The notes under the pieces: generated by a model
Databases searched by the model: none
The model's input: the letters and a program-made list of their open reading frames with translations, nothing else
What the model was told of the DNA's origin: nothing
Program-made: the position numbers and the translations under genes
Part shown: positions 45,124 through 54,761 of the stretch, piece by piece
How positions within the stretch are numbered: position 1 is the first letter of the stretch
Layout: each line of letters starts with the position of its first letter
From: an uncultured Lachnospiraceae bacterium
GTDB lineage: Bacteria; Bacillota; Clostridia; Lachnospirales; Lachnospiraceae
Direction: 5' to 3'
Length of the DNA: 64,000 nucleotides
Assembly: GCA_910578825.1 (NCBI GenBank)
Contig: CAJTSB010000014.1
Coordinates: forward strand, 5,783 to 69,782

Positions 45124-46442
45124 CGTACAATATCAACCAAACCACCCAAATCCCGCTCGTCCAGAATTAACTTCATCGCCCAGGGCGGCACATCCACATC
45201 CAGATAATCCTCGCGAAAAAACACAAACGCTGTTTCATATGGCGGTTTTTTCAGTGGAAATATCCCATAGCCATCCGTAAAGTAAATCAATCCCCGTAAT
45301 TTATGAAAGGTTTTTTTCGCAAGCAATGTATGAACATACGTAAATGCCGGGCGAAAATCGGTTCCTCCCATCCCCTGCACCTGAAAATCTTCCATATATT
45401 GCTGCAGCTGCTTTCGATTCTCAATCACAACGTCCGACTGCACCCGCTCATCACACTGGATAATGTGAATACAAAATCTGCGATAGAAGGACTCGGACTG
45501 ACTCAGGATGCTGTAAGTCTCCTCCAGAAATTTTTGCACGAGCGATGCCTTACAGGACATGGAGGTATCAATCACAATCACAAAATCTTCGATTTTGTTC
45601 ATTTCCTTGGTCTCCAAATGTTCAATCAACGGCATGTTTCCATATAAATCCATGCCATAATGGTAGAAAATATAATCAAAACTATCCAAATCTATCTGCA
45701 TTTCCTCTTTCAGCACGCAGAATTTCTTCAGAAACGTCCGATAATCATATCTCTCACGATTTTCCACGCGCAGCTGTTCCCGCAATCCTTTCGAATCTTC
45801 TGCCGCCTCTTTGGAAAATGTTTCCAGCTCCGTCTCCATCTTATCCCGGATATCCTGCCATCGGTTCTGCTGTTCCATCGGCATATCCGGCGTCTTTGCC
45901 TCCTGCTCCCACAAAAAATGCTCATCCACAGTAAATTCCTGTATCAGACGCGCCACCACGCGGATATCCGGCTGCGACTCTCTCAGCAGATAGAAAATTG
46001 CTTCCGCGTTGAGCACCGGCATCTTCTTCTCCAATCCCTGATAAACAGCACGCCGATAAGGTTTGGATGGATTTCTCAGGCAGCGGTATGGAAGACTGTC
46101 AATCACTGATTCCACCGCAATATCACAGGAGAGATGCCATATCTGCAAATCCTCCGCTCCTCTGGGATTCCACACATGACCCATCAGACAATGGAGAATA
46201 CTGTGTAAATAACAGCGGTTTACCTGTGTGCCGCTAAGACGGTACTGCTCCATCAGAAATTCCGGGTTAAATTTCAACACGATACCATCTGTCGCCGTCC
46301 GTCCCAATTCCATCGATGGCTCAAAAATCAGGCTGGAAAGCGCCACATCCAAAAAACGCATATTCAGATACAATTCATTTCGGGAGTCCGACAATATTTC
46401 CTTACAAATATCTACTTTTTCCAGCACTTGCTCCTCAAACAT
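45120..46442 (-). CDS. DUF2201-type protein: N-terminal metallopeptidase-like domain + C-terminal VWA domain
   Basis: 440 aa. The N-domain has CYLHSILHCLMGH (H-x3-H-x4-H). The C-domain MIDAS motif is VIVIDTSMS (DxSxS), followed by IYFTDGYG. Pairing with a MoxR-type ATPase is typical of this family. Confidence 0.7.
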   Translation of the reverse strand: MFEEQVLEKVDICKEILSDSRNELYLNMRFLDVALSSLIFEPSMELGRTATDGIVLKFNPEFLMEQYRLSGTQVNRCYLHSILHCLMGHVWNPRGAEDLQIWHLSCDIAVESVIDSLPYRCLRNPSKPYRRAVYQGLEKKMPVLNAEAIFYLLRESQPDIRVVARLIQEFTVDEHFLWEQEAKTPDMPMEQQNRWQDIRDKMETELETFSKEAAEDSKGLREQLRVENRERYDYRTFLKKFCVLKEEMQIDLDSFDYIFYHYGMDLYGNMPLIEHLETKEMNKIEDFVIVIDTSMSCKASLVQKFLEETYSILSQSESFYRRFCIHIIQCDERVQSDVVIENRKQLQQYMEDFQVQGMGGTDFRPAFTYVHTLLAKKTFHKLRGLIYFTDGYGIFPLKKPPYETAFVFFREDYLDVDVPPWAMKLILDERDLGGLVDIVR

Positions 46443-46518
46443 ACGTCCATCCCTCTATCTCTTTCCTGCAAGGAACCTTCCCATTTATCGCCCCATATAT
46501 GCGTTCCAGACATAAAAT

Positions 46519-47496
46519 CTACAAACAGAATTTCTTTCTCTTCACCGGAAATCTGCGATATTTTATATCCATCATCAAGCTGACAATCTGCGGCTGCCCG
46601 GACTGTTTTGCCTCCTCCAAAAGCATTTCCATCTGTGTCGGAGTATCCACAAAACTTTCCGCCAGCCAGCGCAACTCCTCTGACTTCTCCTGATCTATCA
46701 GAAACCATACTGTTTCCTGCAAATGTTCCCGCAGCCAGTTTACATATTCTGCCCGGGCGCTTTCTGAAATATCCAAATTATATGGAAATCTAAGTCTTGC
46801 CAATGCTATCTCCATAGCAGTTATCAAATCAACATTATATTTTCCTGTCATAAAAAGCCTGTCATATTCTTCAAAAATCACCTGCGTATTGCGAAATGCA
46901 TTGCGGTATTGAATGCCCATTCCATGCGTCTGTGTAGAAATAATTCTCGCCGGTGTATTTTCTACCGCTTCCTCAAAAAATTCCGGATAAACCAGTCGGC
47001 AGAATACTTCTCCCTGCGCTCCATAGAACTCCACCGTCACCTTCTGTTTCAAATCCTGCAAAAGTTCCCGCAAACAGGAATTGCCATCCAGGCAATGCAT
47101 ATCCAGCCAGGAAAGGTTTTCACATCCGGTAAACGCCCCGGCTCCCATATAGGCCAGGTTGCTGTAACAGGATAACTTACGAAACTGCAGGCAATTATAA
47201 AAAATATAGCGTCCCAGCCGCTGAATCGTCTGCGGCAGATACAATTCTTCCAGCTTATCTCCACAGATACACGGCAAGTCCCCGCTATTTATAGGCTCAT
47301 CCTCCATCTCTGTGGCAAACGCATAGGCATTTACCTCCGTCACAGCGCATCCATCCAGTTCCTCTGGTATGACGACGCTCCCGCTGCTGCTATAACAACG
47401 CAGGATGCAGATTCCATGTTCTCTCTTTTCATATGCAAAATACGCATCTCTTTCCAATTCAGATTTCCTCCAACATCTGCCGCACGGTTTTCCCAT
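46519..47496 (-). CDS. Leucine-rich-repeat (BspA/LRR_5-like) N-domain protein with a helical C-domain
   Basis: LRR_5-like segments are IPEELDGCAVTEVNAYAFA, LPQTIQRLGRYIFYNCLQFRKL and LAYMGAGAFTGCENLSWL. An alternative TTG start at 47457 is preceded by GGAGGA-N8 and abuts the folBK stop, which would remove the 38-nt overlap. Confidence 0.55.
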   Translation of the reverse strand: MGKPCGRCWRKSELERDAYFAYEKREHGICILRCYSSSGSVVIPEELDGCAVTEVNAYAFATEMEDEPINSGDLPCICGDKLEELYLPQTIQRLGRYIFYNCLQFRKLSCYSNLAYMGAGAFTGCENLSWLDMHCLDGNSCLRELLQDLKQKVTVEFYGAQGEVFCRLVYPEFFEEAVENTPARIISTQTHGMGIQYRNAFRNTQVIFEEYDRLFMTGKYNVDLITAMEIALARLRFPYNLDISESARAEYVNWLREHLQETVWFLIDQEKSEELRWLAESFVDTPTQMEMLLEEAKQSGQPQIVSLMMDIKYRRFPVKRKKFCL

Positions 47497-48292
47497 TCAG
47501 GGGATGTCGCAGATAAGGCGCCAGCTCCGCCAGCGGCTGCAGCACGAATTCCCGATTCTGCATATCCGGGTGCGGTATCTGCAAAATTTCTCTGTCCACA
47601 ATGCAATCATCATAGAAAATAATGTCCAAATCCAGCGTCCTGGGCCCCCAGTGCATGTCGCGCTCCCGATTTGCCTCCTGCTCCACTTCGTGAAGAACAT
47701 CCAACAATTCTTCTGGTGACAGGAGCGTGCGCAGTTCCAGCATTCCGTTCAAAAACTCTGGCTGCTCCTTTACACCGTAAGGTTCTGTGATGATAAGCTG
47801 GGATTTGCGCTGCACAATACAGTCTTCCCGGCGATCCAGTGATTCTATTCCCTGCCTGATATACTTCTCCCGGTCTCCCAGATTGGAACCAACTGCAATA
47901 TAAGCGAGATGCCAGCTGCGCGTAATCTCTACGGAGACAGCCTCCAACGGAAGTCCGATTGGCGCCCACGGCTTTAATATCTCAAGCGTGATTGCCTGCA
48001 TTCTGGGAAAATGCAACAGAACTGCCCGCGCCATCTGCTCCGCCGCAGCCTCGATAAGCTGAAACGTATGCTCTGTCATATAATTTGTCATAAAATGCGA
48101 GACTTCACCATAGTGAACAGATTTTGTTAAATCATCCCTTAATCCCGCCTCTCTCGTAGATACATACAAAACGGCATTGATGATAAATTTCTGTCCCAGA
48201 CGATTCTCCTCCGGAAACACGCCATGCCTGCCAAACACTTCCAAATTTTTAATATGAATCTTATCCGTTTTCATCGCTATCACGCTCTCCAT
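47459..48292 (-). CDS. folB/folK: Bifunctional dihydroneopterin aldolase / 6-hydroxymethyl-dihydropterin pyrophosphokinase
   Basis: 277 aa. The N-half is FolB-like (IKNLEVFGRHGVFPEE…GQKF). The C-half is HPPK-like (AYIAVGSNLGD…WGPRTLDLDII…IPHP). The start may be the second Met (48274). Confidence 0.88.
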   Translation of the reverse strand: MESVIAMKTDKIHIKNLEVFGRHGVFPEENRLGQKFIINAVLYVSTREAGLRDDLTKSVHYGEVSHFMTNYMTEHTFQLIEAAAEQMARAVLLHFPRMQAITLEILKPWAPIGLPLEAVSVEITRSWHLAYIAVGSNLGDREKYIRQGIESLDRREDCIVQRKSQLIITEPYGVKEQPEFLNGMLELRTLLSPEELLDVLHEVEQEANRERDMHWGPRTLDLDIIFYDDCIVDREILQIPHPDMQNREFVLQPLAELAPYLRHPLNGKTVRQMLEEI

Positions 48293-49116
48293 CCCTCCTG
48301 CACTGCCTCCGCCATCTGAACCACACGCTTATTTTGCAGGACGTCATGCACACGCACAAATGCACACCCGGCCATCAGGCCAAACATCGTCGTCACTAAC
48401 GTTCCCTCCAGCCGTTCTTCTACCGGTAAGTCCAGGGCAATACCGATGACAGATTTACGCGAAGTTCCAAGAAGAACCGGAAATCCCAATTCCCCCAGCT
48501 CTTTCAATTTACAGATAATCTCCAGATTATGCTCATAGGTCTTTGCAAACCCTACGCCCGGGTCAAGAATCATTTTATCTTCTGCAATTCCTGCATCTCT
48601 GGCAATTTCAATCGTCTCCTTAAGGTCTGATTTGACATCCTCCATAAAATTTTGGTATTGCATATTGTCCCGGTTATGCATCAGGCAACAAGCCGTCCCC
48701 GACTCTGCAATCACCTTTGCAAGCAAGGGATCGTATTTCAGCCCCCAGATATCGTTTACCATATCCGCCCCTGCCTGCAGCGCCGCAAGCGCCACCCTGG
48801 ACTTATAGCTATCAATCGAGACCGGAATATCAAATCTATTTTTAATTAATTCAATTATCGACGCCGTCCTGTCGATTTCCTCTTCCGCTGTTATCTTCTG
48901 ATAACCAGGTCTTGTCGATTCCCCGCCGATATCAATCAGGTCTGCCCCCTCATTTATCATCTTCTCCGCCTGTTTCAACGCTGCATCCCTGTTATTAAAT
49001 TTGCCGCCATCCGAAAAGGAATCCGGCGTGAGATTTAAAATTCCCATAATATAGGTTTTCTCCGCCACATGAAACGTGCGATTGCCAATCTGCATCACGG
49101 AATTTTTCTTCTGCAT
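48280..49116 (-). CDS. folP: Dihydropteroate synthase
   Basis: 278 aa with IMGILNLTPDSFSDGG, DIGGESTRPG and SRKSVIG. Confidence 0.92.
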   Translation of the reverse strand: MQKKNSVMQIGNRTFHVAEKTYIMGILNLTPDSFSDGGKFNNRDAALKQAEKMINEGADLIDIGGESTRPGYQKITAEEEIDRTASIIELIKNRFDIPVSIDSYKSRVALAALQAGADMVNDIWGLKYDPLLAKVIAESGTACCLMHNRDNMQYQNFMEDVKSDLKETIEIARDAGIAEDKMILDPGVGFAKTYEHNLEIICKLKELGELGFPVLLGTSRKSVIGIALDLPVEERLEGTLVTTMFGLMAGCAFVRVHDVLQNKRVVQMAEAVQEGWRA

Positions 49117-49153
49117 ATTTCAACTCTCCTGTCTAAGACTCCCAATCCGCCTT

Positions 49154-49711
49154 TTAGCGTCCCATCATCTGAAAGAACTGTTCCAAAAGGCTTTTGTCAT
49201 CTGCAAACGCACCTCTTGTCTCCATCGTAACCGTCTGCGTCCCGGGTTTCTTCACCCCGCGCATCGTCATGCACATATGCTCCGCCTCCAGCATCACCAC
49301 AGCCCCTTTCGGTTTCAGATACATCATCAGCGCATCTGCAATCTGTGCCGTCAACTGCTCCTGAATCTGCGGGCGGCGCGCATAGATTTCCACCGTCCGC
49401 GCCAGCTTGCTCAAGCCCACAACTTTCCCATCCGGCAGGTAGGCAACATGTGCTTTCCCATAAAAAGGCAGCAAATGGTGCTCACAAACAGAATAAAAGA
49501 CAATATCTTTTTCTAACACAATTCCACTTCCTGCTGTATCAAATGTCTTGCCAAGGAACTGCTCTGGCGTCTTTCCCATTCCATCAAAAAGCTCCTCGTA
49601 CATCCGGGCAATCCTGTCCGGCGTCTCCCGCAGCCCCTCTCTGCCGCTTTCCTCTCCAATCCCCTCCAGCAAAAGGGTGACTGCCTGCCTGATTTTTTCC
49701 TTATCTATCAT
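49154..49711 (-). CDS. folE: GTP cyclohydrolase I
   Basis: 185 aa with [25 protein letters not shown] and [10 protein letters not shown]. Confidence 0.93.
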   Translation of the reverse strand: MIDKEKIRQAVTLLLEGIGEESGREGLRETPDRIARMYEELFDGMGKTPEQFLGKTFDTAGSGIVLEKDIVFYSVCEHHLLPFYGKAHVAYLPDGKVVGLSKLARTVEIYARRPQIQEQLTAQIADALMMYLKPKGAVVMLEAEHMCMTMRGVKKPGTQTVTMETRGAFADDKSLLEQFFQMMGR

Positions 49712-51065
49712 CTTTTATTTTCTCCTTAACGGTTTCTCGCAGTTCCCTCAAGTAGGACAAAGAGCCAAATGCAAGTATCATGGTACTGTCGTCCGCCCCG
49801 GAAAGCGCCCGATTTACCGCCTCTTCCACGGTCCGACAATCCATCACCTGTCCATGGTACTTTCCCGCCTCAGACGCCAACGCCTGTCCATTCATGGCCC
49901 TTGGATGATCCGGTGTAACCGTATATACCTGACATGCCAGCGGGAGCATCATTTTCAACATTTCCTCATGCTCTTTATCTGCAAGTACCCCTATTATATA
50001 AATTATTTTGTAATTTGTAAAACCCCTTTTTATCGTTTCATATAATTTCTGCGCTGCATTGGCATTGTGCGCACCGTCCATCACAAACAACGGATGTTTG
50101 CATAATATGGAAAATCTTCCCTCCCAACTGGCCCGCAAAAGCCCTTGGCGAACATTATCTTTACTGATATGGAATCCAATTTTCTGCAATACTTTTGCCG
50201 TCTCTATCGCACAGACGGCATTTTCTATCTGATAATCCCCCAGCAGAGAGAGTACCATTTCATCCGCATTTCCCGGCAGATAATCTTCCGTTTTCGGGAA
50301 CAATGTTTCCCCGAAATCCCCCAGCGGATAACGAAAAACCTGCTGCATATTATTTGACTCCGCAAAATATCGTACCTGATCTGCCTTACCGCAATCACTG
50401 TAGACTAACACTGCATGTTTGTCCCGGCACACATCCTCCAACACGCCCTGAATCTCTTCCTGCCGAGGCTTTATTGCCACAACCTGAGAACCTTCCTTGA
50501 TAATTCCAGCCTTGATGCGGGCAATCTGTGTCAAATCGCTGCCCAGAAATTTCATATGATCCATGCTGATGGACGTCAGCACACACACACGCGAAGCTGC
50601 AATAATATTTGTGGCGTCCGTCTCACCACCCATCCCGGTCTCCAGAACCACAACTTCACAGTTTCGGCGGTAAAAATAGAGAAATGCTGCCGCTGTCTCC
50701 ACCTCAAACACGGTGGGCTGTGCCATTCCTCTGGCAATCATGCGCTCACACGCCGCACGTACCTCAGAAATCACTGTCACAAACTCATCAATGGAAATGG
50801 GCTCCCCATTTACCTGGTACTGCTCCATGCGGTCAAAGACAGCCGGGGAAGTGTATCTGCCCACGCGGATTCCGGCCTGCTGAAGAATCGATGATACCAT
50901 GGCGCACACCGAACCCTTTCCATTTGTGCCCGCCACATGGATGAACTGCAAATTATCCTGAACATTAGCCAGCTCATTCATCAGATTCCTCATACTTTGC
51001 AGTCCCAGAATACTACCGCTCTTTGCTATTTCTCCTAAATAGTCCCAAACCTCATGTTCTGTCAT
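49701..51065 (-). CDS. folC: Folylpolyglutamate synthase / dihydrofolate synthase
   Basis: The start is at [10 protein letters not shown] (51065), preceded by AGAGG. The P-loop is [10 protein letters not shown], followed by [10 protein letters not shown] and a Mur-ligase C-domain. Confidence 0.88.
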   Translation of the reverse strand: MTEHEVWDYLGEIAKSGSILGLQSMRNLMNELANVQDNLQFIHVAGTNGKGSVCAMVSSILQQAGIRVGRYTSPAVFDRMEQYQVNGEPISIDEFVTVISEVRAACERMIARGMAQPTVFEVETAAAFLYFYRRNCEVVVLETGMGGETDATNIIAASRVCVLTSISMDHMKFLGSDLTQIARIKAGIIKEGSQVVAIKPRQEEIQGVLEDVCRDKHAVLVYSDCGKADQVRYFAESNNMQQVFRYPLGDFGETLFPKTEDYLPGNADEMVLSLLGDYQIENAVCAIETAKVLQKIGFHISKDNVRQGLLRASWEGRFSILCKHPLFVMDGAHNANAAQKLYETIKRGFTNYKIIYIIGVLADKEHEEMLKMMLPLACQVYTVTPDHPRAMNGQALASEAGKYHGQVMDCRTVEEAVNRALSGADDSTMILAFGSLSYLRELRETVKEKIKDDR

Positions 51066-51134
51066 TTTACCTCTAAAAAGCCCTGTGTGGCTTGCCCACA
51101 CAGAGCTTTCTTTCCTCCTTACATACAACTCATA

Positions 51135-52040
51135 TTATAACTGAGAATCCACAATAATTCCCTTTATCTCTTCCTGTAACAGTTTCTGCTCATCCAAAAT
51201 CTGCTGGGTATTGCGAATAACCTCCTGATGTGCGTCCAACAGCTCCTGAACTTCCATACTGTCCGGAACCGGCTTACTGTTCGCCGCTCTCTTCTTACGC
51301 TCTTCTAAATCTTCCTCGACATCTTTTGCCTTCTTCTCCTGCTCGGCACGCGCTGCTTCCCGTTCAGCATCCTGCTTAACCTGCTCTTCCTTGGCTTCCT
51401 TTGCCTCTTCTACAACGTCCTCGATATCCTCATCAATCTTATCAATGGCTTCCTGCTTGAGCATTCCGATAATCTCGTCGCTGGCTGCTTGCAATGTCTT
51501 ATCTGCCGCCTTATCTGCATCTATCATTCCATGATGTTTGAGAACCTCCTGTTTAATTGCTTTAACCCCTTTCGAAGCCGCTGCAATAACATCATGGGCA
51601 TCCTTATACTGTTTCTGCCAGTGAGAGACCTGCTGATTCAACTCTGAAATACGCGTCTTATATTCTTCGTTCTCCTTGTCGGGATACAATTCTCCCAACT
51701 CTTCTTTCTGTTTCTCGATATCCTGTAACGCTGTATTTGCTTCCTCAGCTGCTTTTTTACTTGTCTTAATGGAATCGCGGCACTCTTCTAAGACCTCATC
51801 TACCTTCTGATCCGACTTATATTGATTCTTAATGAACTGCATGGCGTCTTCCATCGCCTTTTTCTTCTTCTCCGCAATGGAATCCTGCACAAGATTCAGC
51901 TCACAACCTTTGACTGCACCATTTTTGACTCTGGCCTTGCCCTGCTGCTCTTTTTGTGACGCGTCTTCTTTGTTCTGTATCTGCTCTCTGTTATTTGTAT
52001 TCACAACTGTATCTGTACCCGCTATTCCATTTATCTTCAT
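51135..52040 (-). CDS. Hypothetical Lys/Glu-rich coiled-coil protein
   Basis: The start is at MKINGIAG (52040), preceded by AAAAGGAGAGAG. About 300 aa with long heptad-like KE-rich stretches, no TM and no recognisable catalytic motif. Confidence 0.5.
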   Translation of the reverse strand: MKINGIAGTDTVVNTNNREQIQNKEDASQKEQQGKARVKNGAVKGCELNLVQDSIAEKKKKAMEDAMQFIKNQYKSDQKVDEVLEECRDSIKTSKKAAEEANTALQDIEKQKEELGELYPDKENEEYKTRISELNQQVSHWQKQYKDAHDVIAAASKGVKAIKQEVLKHHGMIDADKAADKTLQAASDEIIGMLKQEAIDKIDEDIEDVVEEAKEAKEEQVKQDAEREAARAEQEKKAKDVEEDLEERKKRAANSKPVPDSMEVQELLDAHQEVIRNTQQILDEQKLLQEEIKGIIVDSQL

Positions 52041-52095
52041 AAGCTCTCTCCTTTTCACACAAAACTTCCCGGTATCTATAGTAAATATCGGCTTT

Positions 52096-53199
52096 TTATG
52101 TGATTTCTTTATCTTTCTTATGCAAACTCTTCTGATAATTCATATGAGAAATAACCATCAGTGCGATCTTAAACAGCATGGCGTCCTCAAACGTACGGAT
52201 ATCAAGCCCCAACGCTTTCTCAATACGCTCCAGACGATAAACCAGCGTATTGCGGTGTACATAGAGCTGTCTTGCCGTCTCCGAAATATTCAGGTTGTTC
52301 TCAAAGAATTTATTGATCGTTATCATGGTCTCCTCATCATAAATATCCGGTATTTTCTCTCCAAATATCTCCTTTAAGAACATTTCACAAAGACTAACCG
52401 GAAGCTGATAAATCAAACGCCCAATCCCAAGGTTTCCATAGAAAACGGTATCTTTCTCCATATAAAAAATACGTCCAACTTCTAACGCCAGTTTTGCCTC
52501 CTGATATGAGCGTGTGATATCCGGCAGCAAATCTACCCGATTGCCATAACCTACCCTCACCTTGACCATTGCTTCTGCGTGAAGGTTGTCCACCAGAGTC
52601 CGCGCCATCTTTCCATACTCTTCCTCAGATTCGATATCCCCGACGTCTTTCACCAGGACAACGCAATTCTCATCTACCTCCGTCACAAAATCTCTCGATG
52701 CAGTCACAAAAAGATTTTTTATTGTCTCAAGCACTATGCTGTCATTTTTGCCGGACACCTCGATGACAAACACCACCCTCTGCGCCGCGTCAATATGCAA
52801 TTTCTTGGCCTTATTATAAATATCCACCACCAGCATATTACCCAGCACGATATTCTGAATAAAGCTGTTCCGATCCGTCTGTTCCCGATACGCGCAAACA
52901 AGATTACGAATCTGACAAGCTGCAAGGCGTCCAATCATATAAGTCTCTTCATTACCGGCATGTACTAACAGAACGTATTCCAACTCATTTTCAATCATGA
53001 TCTTAAAAAAATGACAACCTGAAATCAACTGGCTCTCCGCCATGGAATCTGCAAAACTGCAGATTGCTTCCTTCCTGTCCTCCCCGAATTCACAGGTTGT
53101 CGCCAATATCTCTCCACTGTCGCTGTACAGTTCGAGCTCAACTCTTGAAATCTCCTTAATTTCCTCTAAAGTAATTTGCAATTTATGATTTGATATCAT
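52096..53199 (-). CDS. PucR/CdaR-family transcriptional regulator
   Basis: 367 aa. The C-terminal HTH is ISETARQLYVHRNTLVYRLERIEKALGLD, typical of PucR_C. Confidence 0.8.
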   Translation of the reverse strand: MISNHKLQITLEEIKEISRVELELYSDSGEILATTCEFGEDRKEAICSFADSMAESQLISGCHFFKIMIENELEYVLLVHAGNEETYMIGRLAACQIRNLVCAYREQTDRNSFIQNIVLGNMLVVDIYNKAKKLHIDAAQRVVFVIEVSGKNDSIVLETIKNLFVTASRDFVTEVDENCVVLVKDVGDIESEEEYGKMARTLVDNLHAEAMVKVRVGYGNRVDLLPDITRSYQEAKLALEVGRIFYMEKDTVFYGNLGIGRLIYQLPVSLCEMFLKEIFGEKIPDIYDEETMITINKFFENNLNISETARQLYVHRNTLVYRLERIEKALGLDIRTFEDAMLFKIALMVISHMNYQKSLHKKDKEIT

Positions 53200-53276
53200 G
53201 GATACCTCTCTTGTTGTTTGTTAGATTTACAATTACAATACCAAATACCTGTGACAGGATATCATTCAGGATATAT

Positions 53277-53319
53277 TCAGAAAAGAGAATGTCACCGCCC
53301 TGAGGCGAAACATTCTCTT
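53277..53319 (-). terminator. Hairpin terminator after the MsmK-like gene
   Basis: The stem is AAGAGAATGT / ACATTCTCTT with a 17-nt loop. There are T-rich runs on both sides, so it could act bidirectionally. Confidence 0.55.
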
Positions 53320-53355
53320 TCCCTTTGTTATGCCACCTGCTATTTCACAAAATAA

Positions 53356-54468
53356 TTAATGGGTAATTGTCAATTCTGTTTCTTTGTCAAACACATGAAC
53401 TTTCTCAACATCCATTGCAAGTTTAATCGAATCTCCAAGGCGTGCGGTAGTTCTGGAATCAACCTTCGCCGTCATGTTGGAACCGTTGATATTATAATAT
53501 AACAATACTTCGGAGCCAAGCAGCTCATATCCGGTAACCTTTGTGTTAAATGTGCTGTCCTTGAAATTATCCAATGCTGCTTTGGAATCATCAATATCAT
53601 CCGGACGAATACCAAGGATCACCGTCTTGCCATTGTAACCGCCGTCAATGAGTTTCTTACCTTTTGCAGCCGGCAATACAATGTTGTTCTCGCCAAATAC
53701 CAGAGAAACGCTGTCGCCCTGTACTTTACAGGTTGCATCCAGGAAATTCATCTGCGGAGAACCAATGAATCCGGCTACGAACAAATTATCCGGCTCATTG
53801 TACAATTTCTGCGGCGAATCTACCTGCTGGATAATACCGTCCTTCAGAACAACGATTCTTGTTCCCAGTGTCATTGCCTCTACCTGGTCATGCGTTACAT
53901 AAATGATGGTTGCGCCCAGTCTCTGATGCAGGGAAGCAATTTCCGCACGCATCTGCACACGCAATTTTGCATCCAGGTTCGACAGCGGTTCATCCATCAA
54001 AAATACCTTAGGCTCACGCACAATCGCACGTCCCATAGCCACACGCTGTCTCTGTCCACCGGACAAAGCCTTCGGCTTACGGTCTAACAATTTATCCAAA
54101 TCAAGAATTCTTGCAGCTTCTTCCACTTTCTTCTTAATCTCTGCCTTCGGAACCTTTCTCAGTTTCAAACCAAACGCCATATTATCGAATACGGTCATAT
54201 GCGGATATAATGCGTAGTTCTGGAATACCATCGCAATATCTCTGTCTTTCGGCTCCACATCATTGACGCGCTTGCCGTCAATCGTAAGCTCACCGGAAGA
54301 GATTTCCTCCAGACCTGCCACCATACGAAGGGTTGTGGACTTTCCACATCCGGAAGGACCTACGAAAATGATGAATTCCTTGTCTTCAATCTCAAGATTA
54401 AAATCCTTAACTGCCTCAAATCCGTTTGGATATACTTTACAAATGTTCTTCAATGATAAACTCGCCAT
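53356..54468 (-). CDS. Multiple-sugar ABC transporter ATP-binding protein (MsmK/UgpC/MalK type)
   Basis: 370 aa with Walker A GPSGCGKST, signature LSGGQRQRV, Walker B FLMDEPLSNLD and a C-terminal TOBE-like regulatory domain. It is an orphan ATPase with no adjacent permease. Confidence 0.9.
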   Translation of the reverse strand: MASLSLKNICKVYPNGFEAVKDFNLEIEDKEFIIFVGPSGCGKSTTLRMVAGLEEISSGELTIDGKRVNDVEPKDRDIAMVFQNYALYPHMTVFDNMAFGLKLRKVPKAEIKKKVEEAARILDLDKLLDRKPKALSGGQRQRVAMGRAIVREPKVFLMDEPLSNLDAKLRVQMRAEIASLHQRLGATIIYVTHDQVEAMTLGTRIVVLKDGIIQQVDSPQKLYNEPDNLFVAGFIGSPQMNFLDATCKVQGDSVSLVFGENNIVLPAAKGKKLIDGGYNGKTVILGIRPDDIDDSKAALDNFKDSTFNTKVTGYELLGSEVLLYYNINGSNMTAKVDSRTTARLGDSIKLAMDVEKVHVFDKETELTITH

Positions 54469-54761
54469 ATTACCAATTACCTCCTGTAATTACTCTGCTT
54501 TGCAGAAATTTATAAAAATATAGTACCAAATTTCCTGCAATAATACCACCTGACAACCTACCAAAAACGTATCCATATTCTTGTTACAAACGCCCAGAAT
54601 AAATATAACCATCTCCATTCTTCGTCAATTTAACGAAAATTACACATTTCTTCTATGCAAATTAACAAATTACTACTCCGGCATTTTTGATGATTCGGGT
54701 TGTAAATTCCACACACTTTAGTTATAATAAGAAAAAAACATTTAGAGGAGGACCTATTATC
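54469..54761. promoter_or_regulatory. Divergent promoter region (msmK-like / pfk)
   Basis: This 293-nt non-coding spacer lies between divergent genes. AGAGGAGGA is the SD for pfk. No specific operator was recognised. Confidence 0.4.
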
